Positions 53,301-64,000 of a stretch of 64,000 nucleotides of DNA are shown piece after piece. The notes beneath the pieces were generated by a model. The model was not told the DNA's origin and searched no databases. It saw only the letters and a program-made list of their open reading frames with translations. The first letter of the stretch is position 1, and each line of letters opens with the position of its first letter. Source of the stretch: Tubiluchus corallicola (lineage: Eukaryota > Animalia > Priapulida); NCBI GenBank assembly GCA_030141605.1, contig JAQGDQ010000009.1, forward strand, positions 248,001 to 312,000, in the 5' to 3' direction. Made by a program: the position numbers and the translations under genes.

Positions 53301-55733
53301 GATGTCTTGCTAAAACTTTTGCACGTTGTGCCTCGTTATCAATATTTTTTCCATCTATCACATACAGTGCATTGAGATAGCAGAGGACAATGCTACAATT
53401 TGAACTTAACTTTGAAAATGCCTTCAGCACTGCTTTAGCTCCTTCAGGACTGCACCATTCAAAATAGGTCTTATAAGAACTATGACTTTTCTGCTAATGT
53501 ATGAGCACAGACATAACTAAATGATTACAAATTAGATATTGTTCTATTTCAGTTACTGAAAGCTTTTTTCAACTTTTTTGTCAAAAATTTATTTGTCTAA
53601 GGTGATCAGACGCATTTAGTTTATAATTTTGCATAATCCATTATGTGAGGAGTAGAAGCCTACAAAAATTATCAAATAGAACGTAGTTGCTGCTTAGTGA
53701 GAGCAGTTATTCATGAACACATGGAAAATAAAACAAATGCTTATGGCCCTCAAGGAGTTAAATATGCTAACAACTGAACAACATTACACAATATCAAAAA
53801 ATAGCTTTTTTACATGTTTTAAAATTTTTTAGACTTGTAATTGGTTAACAGTTGGTATTATTTAATAATGACGCTCTCAAAGTAATGAGCATATTTGTGT
53901 TAGTTATAACTGCAAGTTTTAAATAAGTGTACTTCATCATCTTCACTATCTGCTTCTATTCTTTGATCTTAGTTAAAGCTTAAAAGATCTAGATAGTTCC
54001 AAACTCTGGTACTACAATTCATGGGGAACCTGCTTATTTAGTTTGCATGGGCACAAACACCCAAACGCTATTGTCTGTGGCATAATCTGTGCCTATATGT
54101 ATGAATGCAAAGCTTTAAACTAGAATGCTAATTGTCATTGGTGTTCTCGAAATTGTTTTCACACAGCAATCCACTCAAATGCAACACTCCACAATGAGTA
54201 AAAACAAAAAATTACACCAGAAAAACAGGTACACCAGTTCCATAAACAGTTGTTTATATGAAATGCCAATACTACGTAAAAAGAAAAGTCAACAAGCATA
54301 ACTTTATGTTGCACCCACCATATTACACATAGGATTAAACCTATGGTTCTTATGTAACAGTATTACTAAAGTTTAACACCACAGTTTTTAAGTAGCTCAG
54401 CAAAGTGGGAGTGAACATATGAACACATCTAATTTCAACTGAGCAAGCAAATTTTACGATGTTAAATACTAAGCATTAAATGCAGGTACTATATTACCAA
54501 GAACACTATAAGTTTTTTACGCTAAAAACGACTCAATTGAGAATAGAAATGCAGACCCACTGAAGAAGATCAAGAAACCAACACATGTAAAAGAATAGTT
54601 TAAAAACTTAGTGTAACTATTAAATTAAACTTTAAATCAACACAAACAATGCTGGGTTCTTAAAATTAATCAGTGGAATGCACTAATGAAAAAGTAATCG
54701 TACGAAACCTCTATCTCTATGAATTGTTTCCAGTATCTGCCTGCGTTGGAAAAACGTGTTATGCATTGCTCCATGAGTAACCGTGCTTCGTTAATTGGTT
54801 TTTTCTAAAATTAAATAAATAACGATAAAATCAGAGATTGCGATAAAGTTGCTTTGCTCACATTAATTTTCTTCCAAGGAAAACAATAACAGGCAAAAAT
54901 TAGAAATACAAAATCTATGAAATCATAAATTTGATACAAAAGAAAAACAAAAAATTCTTTTACCTCAGGTGACACATGTAAAACAATTGTTCATTAGAGT
55001 TAATTATTAATTCAAACATTAAATCATTACAGCCATAATTACCTGGGCATCTTTAATTAATATACTCCAAGCATCTGTATCATAAGGATCTGTATCAAGC
55101 TTTTTTTCAGCTTTCTTCACTTTATCAGGAATGTACCCTTGTTGCTGAAAAATAAAATATATTATCCATGCAATGTTTCAGCAATAGCACATCCACATGG
55201 TGCACAATTCTATCTTGAGTTTGAGCTGCTAGGGATGATACTCGAGCTTGAAAGTACAACACAATACGCATCAAACTGTTACAGTGTTCAGCAAATTTTA
55301 AAGTTTCTTCACACTACAGGGGTTGGAAGTTTAGAGCGTGTGTCTACAACTTCAGACGCCAAGTAATTAAGAATTGCTACAACTTTAGTACTGAATTAGA
55401 TCTTTTTGCTTATTTTAAAATTGCTATTTTGCACTAAATTAATGTAAAAATAGATGAAAAATAATTTACACTTATAATTCTAGCTAACAGTCCAACAATA
55501 TGCAAAATTAGCTTCTTTAATAAGAATATGTTTCACAAAGTTTTGAAACACGACCAACAGATATTAAATTGAATGTGGTACGTAAAGACTAAAGCCGTAA
55601 AGGATACTTAAAATGACACCGTTTTTAACACCGAGTGCAAATACAGGGGTCTGTTTCATAGACTATAAATTTTACTATAAATTAATGACTACAACAGAGT
55701 AATTCAAATGCCCACCTCTTCCGTATTAGCCAT
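29342..55733 (-). CDS. CSTF3: Cleavage stimulation factor 77 kDa subunit (CstF-77 / suppressor of forked), complete, 21 coding exons, 732 aa
   Basis: Exons, all GT-AG and phase-consistent, total 2199 nt: 55716-55733, 55043-55144, 54709-54804, 42392-42522, 42090-42191, 41591-41717, 40854-41012, 40478-40559, 39781-39890, 39530-39646, 38325-38399, 38083-38226, 37802-37904, 37037-37106, 35660-35756, 35090-35194, 34437-34587, 32883-32977, 32169-32229, 31381-31529, 29342-29446. Translation: [40 protein letters not shown]...[27 protein letters not shown]...[23 protein letters not shown]...[12 protein letters not shown]...KPEYPKPD...[16 protein letters not shown]. These match the HAT repeats, Pro-rich region and C-terminus of CstF-77. 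Confidence 0.97.
29721..30435. mobile_element. hAT-like non-autonomous element with (CGAATC) subterminal repeats in the last CSTF3 intron
   Basis: TAGGGGATG start, multiple CCGAATC/GGATC units at both ends, GATCCCT end. Similar motifs occur at 58604-58712 and 62290-62468. Confidence 0.5.
31700..32020 (-). mobile_element. Highly decayed LINE RT relic in CSTF3 intron 19
   Basis: Scattered motifs *PISL...LPTIFE and [11 protein letters not shown] in different frames, with stops. Confidence 0.3.
47100..48410. repeat. Degenerate tandem array, roughly 150-250-bp units, about 6 copies, in CSTF3 intron 3
   Basis: Recurring blocks: TTACTTTAAAAA (near 47579, 47963, 48377), AAAACTGG/AAAACTAG, and CACAA(A/G)CTATTAC...CTACATA (near 47168, 47356, 47695, 48081, 48304). 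Confidence 0.7.
48480..49036. mobile_element. MITE with CAGGGCCGGATTAA-type termini in CSTF3 intron 3
   Basis: ACGGTCGAATTAACCCAT...TAGGGCACCA at the left end, GGGCACCA...CTTAATCCGGTCCTG at the right end. A similar terminus lies at 22940-22968. Confidence 0.55.
54181..54330 (-). terminator. Candidate intronic polyadenylation region in CSTF3 intron 3
   Basis: Sense strand reads TGTA, then variant signal CATAAA (54303-54308), a U-rich tract, variant signal TATAAA (54253-54258), then GU/U-rich TGGTGTACCTGTTTTTCTGGTGTAATTTTTTGTTTTT. The position is inferred by analogy to human and Drosophila. Confidence 0.4.
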
Positions 55734-56449
55734 GCTTTTCCAAGCTCCTTTAGCACAACCTTGATGACAATGAATTCAATAATCGTTTGCTTGATTACAA
55801 TAGATCCGAAACTGAGACTGTTTTGCGTTTAAATTATTATGTGTGTTTGTTGTGTTAAATGTAAAAGACAAATTTTGAACTACATGAAAGGGAATAACCG
55901 GGAATTAGGGTAAATCAAGCCCCCTTGTGATCAAGTATCAGACCCAGCCACTGACGATGTTACTGCGCCTAAACAATGGAAAATTTGAGGAATGTAAGTT
56001 TTAAGACCACTGCATGCGCTGCAATTTGTAAGATTAAAGCGACTAAAGCAGATAAATAAACGAATAACAAGCCAGCAAAAAACGACAACTGTTTTGCTAC
56101 ATAAAATATTTTATTTTAAAAATCGTCACAAAGAAAAAGAACTCAATATGGCATCTTCTGAAAACGAATATTAGTAACGAAAAGTTGAAAACTGGCCGAA
56201 GGCGGAGCACTAACTTTTATTTAAGCTCCATTTATTTCGGAAATATTTGGTTTTCCCACGCGCCAAATAATTTAGCCGAGAGACACATTTATTGTGACAG
56301 ACTAGTGACTAAAATCTAGGGAAAATTGTGTAATTATTAAGATTTATTTCCTCCTCTCAAGACACACACATGTAATACTAAATAACAACTACAAACACTT
56401 GCCATGTGAAATAAAGACATACATGTACCTACTGGCAAATTTTATACCA

Positions 56450-56710
56450 AACGGCAAGCAGATTTATGAAAGGCAGAACTTGAATTACACAAATGTTAGA
56501 TGTAGTCGATTTACAGACACAAATAATTGATGGTAGAGCTTCACTTGACTCTACTTAGATCTTGCAAAGACATTTGCACCAGTCCTTCACAAAAGACTTC
56601 TACAGAAGTTACATAACTTTAGAGTCAGGGGAAATTTGCATCGACGGATTAAAGATTTTCTTTGTAATCACAGCCAAAAAGTCAAAGTTAATAATACGCA
56701 TTCCAGCTTG
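56450..56710 (+). mobile_element. CR1-type LINE reverse transcriptase fragment
   Basis: From 56552: YLDLAKTFAPVLHKRLLQKLHNFRVRGNLHRRIKDFLCNHSQKVKVNNTHS, a decayed YLDFAKAFDTVPHKRL...WIKDFL motif. It is preceded by FMKGRT*ITQMLD. Confidence 0.8.
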
Positions 56711-57235
56711 GCAGTATTATCAGATATTTGACTACTACTAGCAGAAGCCGACTTACCATTTGTGAATTATGACTTAGTTTTCCCTACACATACAACTGGG
56801 ATAGTTTCTTGTGAAGTCGTAAAAAGCCCAAAATTTCATCAAATTTTCATTTGATTGATACCTATCGCGCTATCCTCCCGCACTTTAGAGCATGTTCACT
56901 TGAGGAAAAGACTGCATTGTGATCAGATGATCAATAACGATCTCACCATTTTAGTGTCATTTTAATGTTGTCTAATTGTTTAATTGGTGCTAAATTATAC
57001 TATGTGCTTTATGATTAACATCAACTGTGAGTGAATCTTACAGACACTGTTATAAAGACATATCTATATTACTAAATGGTAGTTTCTTAACAACAAAAGG
57101 TTTATTTTATATTTAAACATCAGATATCACCTTTAACTCACTAAACACCCTGGATTCCGACTGGTTTGTATCTTCAAGTCAACAAAATTAGGCAACTTGT
57201 AAAAACGGCTCACTTGGGCATTGATTGCCACTTAT

Positions 57236-57790
<555 letters not shown>

Positions 57791-59343
57791 TAATTATGTC
57801 TAAGTACACACTAAACTTAAAACATTTAGATCAGTCTGTGCAGCTCAGCTGCTCTCCACAAGTTAAGTCTCTCAAAGCAGAGAGTTAACACTTTCAGAGC
57901 TCTATCAGATCAAGCGCATATAGCTAGAAAAGTTCTATAAATATATACACTAGCATAACGCCAGACGCATTTGTCTTTAACAATGTTTTAGTATTGAAAA
58001 TATTTTTAACGCTGAGGATTGTGATTTTATTGTAATGTATGGCAAGTAAAGTATATATGTATGTATATACGCAAATCCAATTTTGACTGCACATGAATGA
58101 CATACTGTGATTTTGAATGTTTGCAGGTCCAAAAATTAAAAACTTTTTCCAATCACTGCAGTGTTGCCTTGGAACACATTTACCAAGTTTAAAATTATGG
58201 TCTGTAAAACATGACTCGCACACTGTGCAGAATTAATCCGAAATCTTTTTTTGCGCTCAGAAGCAGCAAGAGTTCGTCCTGCTGCAGCAGCAGCATAGCT
58301 AGCTCTTCCTGCTGATTGATACATCATCAAACATCTGCTATATGAAATATGGGCATATTGTAAACTACTAATTTCCTATAATCATAATTTTTTTACACCT
58401 GTCTTGACGAAATGTCATCGGGTTATGGTAAATTTGCCACATATCATGTTATATCACTCTACAGATTATCACAGTGGACTATCTGTGGCACATGAATTAC
58501 TGGTTGGAAGTGAGTATTTTATTAACAAATTTTAAGCAAATTTGTGTTTTAATTGCATGACACAATCAAGTAATATGCATATTCTTTGTGAGACTGTTTT
58601 TATTAGTGATTCAAAAGTTTATTTGAAAATCTTTAAAACAAAATTCGAATTCGATTCTGCTAAAAAATGCTGAAATTCGGCTTGTTTAGTTCGAATAGAA
58701 TATTCGTATACATACATACATATGATGTGTCACACGCACGCACATGCACACCCACCCACCCACACACACACATATGTACATATACTCACATGTACATTAC
58801 ACACACACTCAAACGCAAAAACACAGTAGCCGCCTGTTGCTGGAAAAAGCTGCACTTCATCATGAAAGTCTCACTCCATCTGTTGTACATTGAGACATTA
58901 CCATTAATTGGAGCGTTCAAGCCACTTCGATCTGTAGCTAACACAAGTTCTTCTGCTCCTTAAGCAATATTTGGTTGAGATTGTTGGACATCTTTATTTA
59001 TCTTGCAAGTGTGTGTATGTAAATGGCTCTATGAACGTATGGTACTAAAATTTGTATGTGCATTCTGTTTACCCAATAAATACGAGGTATCTTAGCAATA
59101 AAAGTTGTTTTGGGCTGCAATAACTAATGGGGTAATCTAAGAGCTGGATAATTAAGGATAATCTAAGAGCTGGAACTTTTGATTGTAGATGACTTAAATC
59201 AGATATTAAATGAAATTATCCAACTGATGGTATGGAATATTCTCAATTAGATAATATTATACTGGCACAGTGTCACTAGTCACTACAAGAAATCCACCTA
59301 ACGAGAAGTGGGTTTATTGCAGCAAAATAAAAAGCTGATTATT

Positions 59344-59356
59344 GCACGTGGCCAAT
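59344..59356 (+). promoter_or_regulatory. E-box plus CCAAT motif upstream of RANBP2
   Basis: GCACGTGGCCAAT about 150 nt before the RANBP2 ATG; short motifs only. Confidence 0.3.
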
Positions 59357-59503
59357 AATATAAAAAAACTTGCGAACTGAATTAATTCTAAGGTTTCTTT
59401 ATTGCGTGTTGTACTACGCACGAGTATTGCGGCAAAAATTATTATGCAATGAAAGCTTTGAAATTCATTCAATACAATTACTTGATATTTCGTTATTTTT
59501 AGC

Positions 59504-62500
59504 ATGTTTCGTACCAAAAAAGATGTTGATGAACACGTTTCTGATATATTGGGACGAATCAAGAATGAGAACGAGGTAATAGAAGTGTTGATACAGGATT
59601 TACTAGGCACTTATTCTTAATACAAGTTACACGTTAATCACTACTCGGGCAATGGAATTTTTCACAAATACATGCAATGTACATTAGCAAAGCAATATAA
59701 TATGCATGTCACATACTACATAAACCGATAAAAAATTTATTCATAATAGGCTTTATACAAAGTGCAAAAATGACAGTTAAATATTGTATAATTCAGCAAT
59801 TAAAAAAGAAAAATGACTTAAGAATAGCATATGTTCCAGCTTTTAAGTGAATATTTATGAAGAAACAAATTAATGAGAGTTGAAAACAATTGTGGTTAGT
59901 CTGCTGCCCTAGTACTGTTATCAGTGCTTTGGCGCTGACACCGAAATGTCTTGCTCAAACAGCCGTGCCCAATTTTCGTGCACCCAAGTGACTGTCCCCA
60001 TCTTAGCACTAGTTCAATAGCATAACAGTGCTTGTTTTTATATTTTTCCTTTTTCTCCTCCTCTTAAAGATGAAAACAGATCATATATAGGGCTTCTTAT
60101 CTCTTTATTGTGTCTTTTTTATAATTGTAACATCCTTACCCTTTTTGATTATTTTGTCAGGCTTAGTCACCTTATTTAATGAATTTTGATATTGTATGTA
60201 ATGGCCATTTAAGTTTTTGGTGTGCATATTATCTAGCGCATCTGAACTTGTTTCATTTATTTAATTTTCAGCGGACATTACGGTATTTTAACGTTGCCAA
60301 ATTGTACTATGGAGTGAAGGAATATGAAGCAGCCAAGCGGTATTTGGCGGGATTCTTGAGCATTCAAGAAAACCATGCTGGTGCTCACAAACTTTTTGGA
60401 CAAATATATGAAGATATAGGTGACACGGAGAAGGCTATTGAGTGCTACAAAAGATCTTTCAATATAAATACGTCGCAAAAAAATTTATTACTGAAAAGTA
60501 AATAAATCTTCTAATTTCATACAATTTTAGTTGTACTCTGCAAACTTGCACCATCAACTGCTGTTTTTCAGAAAAAAACTGTTAAATTTATAGCTAAAAT
60601 AAAGATTAAGTGCATATACTCTTGGAAACGTAAGTATTGAAGTACCTTGTTAATTTGGATTAATATAAGTAAGCTTTATGTGCATCAGAAGGTTGTAGCT
60701 CATTAACATAAAACTTTTCTACATTTTTAGTATGTGATTTGTTCTGTCAAGTTCCAGTTAAAGACGATGGCGCAAAGGTATGCACTTCTCAGATTTTATT
60801 GATAACTGAATGGTTATTTTATTGCACAGTTAACACTAAGTCAGTGAGATAATTTGGACTGATATTTTACTGTAACTTTTTTTAACACGATCATTATTTT
60901 ACATTTAATATTTTACTAAATTTTTCTTATTTCTTATAGTTTTGGCAAGAGAAGGCAGAAAAATACTTTCCCCATCATGAGGTTGTTAGCACTTTAAAGG
61001 TACATTTAATGTGAAGATAACAACTGTAACTTTATGGCGAGTTTAGACTAGCATGTGTTCTCTCCAGGTAACTCGCAAGCATGTTCAGACTAGAGAGCAA
61101 AGTTTGCTGCAAACGAGTTAGTTTTCAACAGCAAATGCGAGCTGGCACTCGCTTCTCTATTCACTGCGAGAAGTGTCCAGAGTAACTTGCCAAAACATTC
61201 ACACTAGGCTGCAACTTGCAGTAACTATTGGAGAGTTTGCAAACATTTATTTGCAAAACAGTTCACATTTGCAAATTTGTTGTCAAAGAGAAAACTTGCT
61301 GGTCTAAATGCGCCGTTATGACATGTCATTTGCCTGTGAATGGAAATGAGAACACTTCAACTTTTAGAACTGTGAAATTCGTTAAGTCTTACTTACATAA
61401 TTGTATTATTACTTGTTACAAAACTCACAGTACTTTTTTGTTTCACATTCTTTAGGATCATTTAATCTCAAATGATGGAAAAATGAATGCACTGGAGCGA
61501 GAAGAACATTATGCAGAAGAATTAGTTAAAAGACCAAAGGATGCGTCGTTACGGATGCGGTTGCTTCGGTTGTACATTTCTGAAGGTCGCTTTGAGGATG
61601 CGTATTATCATGCCATGCAAGTAGAAACGAGACAGCCATATCACGAAAATAGAGAGTGGTATTTGTGTCTCATTGACATCGTACAGGTACTTAATGCACT
61701 CTTGTTAGCAACTCGATTCTTAGTAAAGATTGAGCAATTTGCTCAGAGTAATTATACACTTCACTGCAGACATACTAGCAATGCACCGAGAAGTCGGATC
61801 GCAGAATTTTTCCCCCAAATAACAGTATAAATCCGGCCCAGTAAACGTCAGTTGCAATCACTAAAATGTTTACTTAGTATATCAAAGTTATTTTTAATGA
61901 TCCTTGTATTCTGTGAAAATGATATTAAAGAAACCAAAATTTTCCCCCGTAATGCTTATAAAAAGTTATTTACCATGATACACATATCGTGTCAATATCC
62001 AATATTGTGGCATTACTGCAATACACACGACAAATTATAAGTCAACGAGAACACAAGCTAGTAAACAAATACATTATTGCACTTTAGTTTAAATACTGTT
62101 TTTATCGATTTACAAAATAGTTTGAACAGCTTTTGAAAGAATTAGGATTGCTTTTAAGATACGTAATACTTTACTACATAACCATAAAACAAAGATGCAC
62201 AACAATTTTTTCACTGCTCGCCAGTCACCTCTAACTTAAATGATAAAACTTTACAGAGTTCATAATTCTTTCCAATTGGAATTATAAGAAAATTCGGTTA
62301 AGTTTCGGTAAAAAATTTGGTTTGGCTTTGGTCCGGCATTCCAATTTATCTTGATATTTTATTCGGAATTCCGTTCTGTAGCATGGCCCATCATTTGGTT
62401 TGGCACCCAAGCATAAAAATATCGGCTTCAGTTCGGTTGATGAAAATGTGTCTTCTGTGTAGCCCTAATACACACTGTCCCATTAGCAAAAACTTGTGGA

Positions 62501-63342
62501 ATAACTATACTACCTGCTATTTCTCACCCATGCCATTGATATTTTGTGTGAATTCGTAGCCAATTTTGCTTGATTTATATTTATTTTACGCTTGGCTCTC
62601 TGAATGCTGTTATGGTCATAGAGCTGGATGGGTGTGTTTTTATAAATTTCTGGTATTTTGCCAGATTTCAAGAGAGTTTAAGGATTTTTGGTTAGTCTGT
62701 TATTAAAACCTATAACCTTGAGCGAAGCTCTATTTAAATTCATAAAACTAATAGCATCATGTCTCATGATCTTTAATAGCTAAATCGATTAGGCACTAAA
62801 TCGATTTCACAGTGTGTCGAGTAGACCTAAATTTTGTTTATTACATTGGACCCATGATTGATTTTGCATCTTATTTTTCCTATATTGCAAAGTGGGTATC
62901 CCATTCTGAGCATAATTAAACGTGATGACCAAAAGCATGGACTTATAAACATACTTTTTTTATGATGTATTGTATTCATTATACAGCCTTTTTTAAACAT
63001 GTTTGTTTCACATTTTTCACATACAATTTTGTTTTTGTTTATTACTGTATTTAAGTAATTTAGTGTAAACAATTTTACCAATGCTTGCGTGCCTGTACCC
63101 TTTGTAATACCCCTTATAAATGGTATAACTCTTTAAAAGGTGTATTATAAAGGCCTATACCCCTTTATATTGTTTTCCATACAGGAATACATGAAACACC
63201 ACATCAACGATTGTGGTTTAGATACTTACATTGTGATGCTGGAAGCACAAGAAAGACTAGTAGCATTGTGTCTAGAAGACCACGATGAAACTTCTCCCTC
63301 TGAATCTGCGAACATAGCTGTTTGTGCAGATGCATTGTTTCG
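59504..63342 (+). CDS. RANBP2: E3 SUMO-protein ligase RanBP2 / Nup358, N-terminal exons (gene continues beyond window)
   Basis: Coding exons 59504-59575, 60272-60497, 60731-60777, 60940-60999, 61456-61686, 63185-63342, GT-AG and phase-consistent. Translation: MFRTKKDVDEHVSDILGRIKNENE|RTLRYFNVAKLYYGVKEYEAAKRYL...AHKLFGQIYEDIGDTEKAIECYKRSFNINTSQKNLLLKICDLFC...FWQEKAEKYFPHH...EELVKRPKDASLRMRLLRLY...EWY. This is the TPR-containing N-terminal domain of Nup358. Confidence 0.92.
61035..61315. mobile_element. PIF/Harbinger-like MITE in a RANBP2 intron
   Basis: GGCGAGTTTAGACTAGCA...TGCTGGTCTAAATGCGCC inverted ends flanked by TTA; same internal repeats as 4395-4640. Confidence 0.65.
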
Positions 63343-64000
63343 GTAGGATGTATAAGTTTTTTTTATTTTTGTGTTGAGACTATTACAGCTTTTACTTGTC
63401 AACATTGTCCGTTGATTATGTACCATTTGACTTCCTTAAATGTACCAAATTGTTGTTTTTTTCCAAATTGTCTTGTAAAACAAGCCAGGCTCTTTGAGAA
63501 AGACGGTATGATGAAGCACTGTTTAACACTATCGCTACACAATAAAACTGAATGCTATTAGAGGAATTTAAAAACCCAAGGTGGACAAGAAAGCTATGTC
63601 TTGTGATAATGCATGCATTTTTTCAGAATATTCGGTTGACTTTTCTCAAAGTCGAACCAGATTAAACAGAAAAGTCCATTTCTATGACAATGATATACAA
63701 TCTTATTAAATATAAGAATAGATCAATCAGTACTGAGTTAGGTCTAATATTGAAGGTTGTGGGTTTTGGTTATATACTATGTAGCCTGATCATTCTCGAC
63801 ATTAATATGTAGCTGCTATTTCTCTGCTAAGCACCAGCCAAGTGACGATTGGACATGACCATCAATGCAAGTGAGCTACTAATGAGTCACTACAAGAGTG
63901 TTAATCTTTGTATCATAGCCTCCATATTGAAGAAAATGCTTGTGGATGCAAAAAACTTGAATTGAAATAGTAGGAGTTTGGGTATAGCGTTATCACACTG

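Larger units (their letters stand above)
42523..54708 (-). other. CSTF3 intron 3 (12,186 bp) with weak 5' splice site GAG/GTTTCG
   Basis: Lies between the exon ending ...QFIEIE (54709) and the exon starting LKARNFEK (42522). It is by far the largest intron of the gene; the others are under 2 kb. Confidence 0.9.

Noticed and set aside
53092-53430. 112-aa ORF in CSTF3 intron 3 as a nested gene
   Set aside because: Non-ATG start, no recognisable motif and no consistent exon chain.

Overview
AT-rich, intron-rich eukaryotic DNA from an invertebrate animal; the taxon cannot be fixed from this window. I reconstructed three spliced genes by hand from GT-AG boundaries and reading-frame phase. (1) A complete 21-coding-exon CSTF3 / CstF-77 / suppressor-of-forked gene on the minus strand (29342-55733, 732 aa). 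Its intron 3 is 12.2 kb, starts with a weak donor and holds candidate intronic poly(A) signals, matching the CstF-77 autoregulation architecture known in human and Drosophila. (2) The first six coding exons of RANBP2/Nup358 on the plus strand (59504 onward, continuing past the window), head-to-head with CSTF3. (3) An unrecognised four-coding-exon gene (22278-26474, 332 aa) with a signal peptide, dibasic sites and Gly-Arg amidation motifs; the ORF track shows it only in fragments. The rest is repeat-rich: L2/CR1 LINE relics, a Tc1 relic, tRNA-derived SINEs, two TTAA-flanked interspersed families (one with a THAP-domain fossil), several MITEs, microsatellites and minisatellites. There is also an isolated CCAAT-TATA-Inr promoter near 5.35 kb. 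Most ORFs in the supplied track are spurious. All family assignments come from motif recognition; no database search was run.
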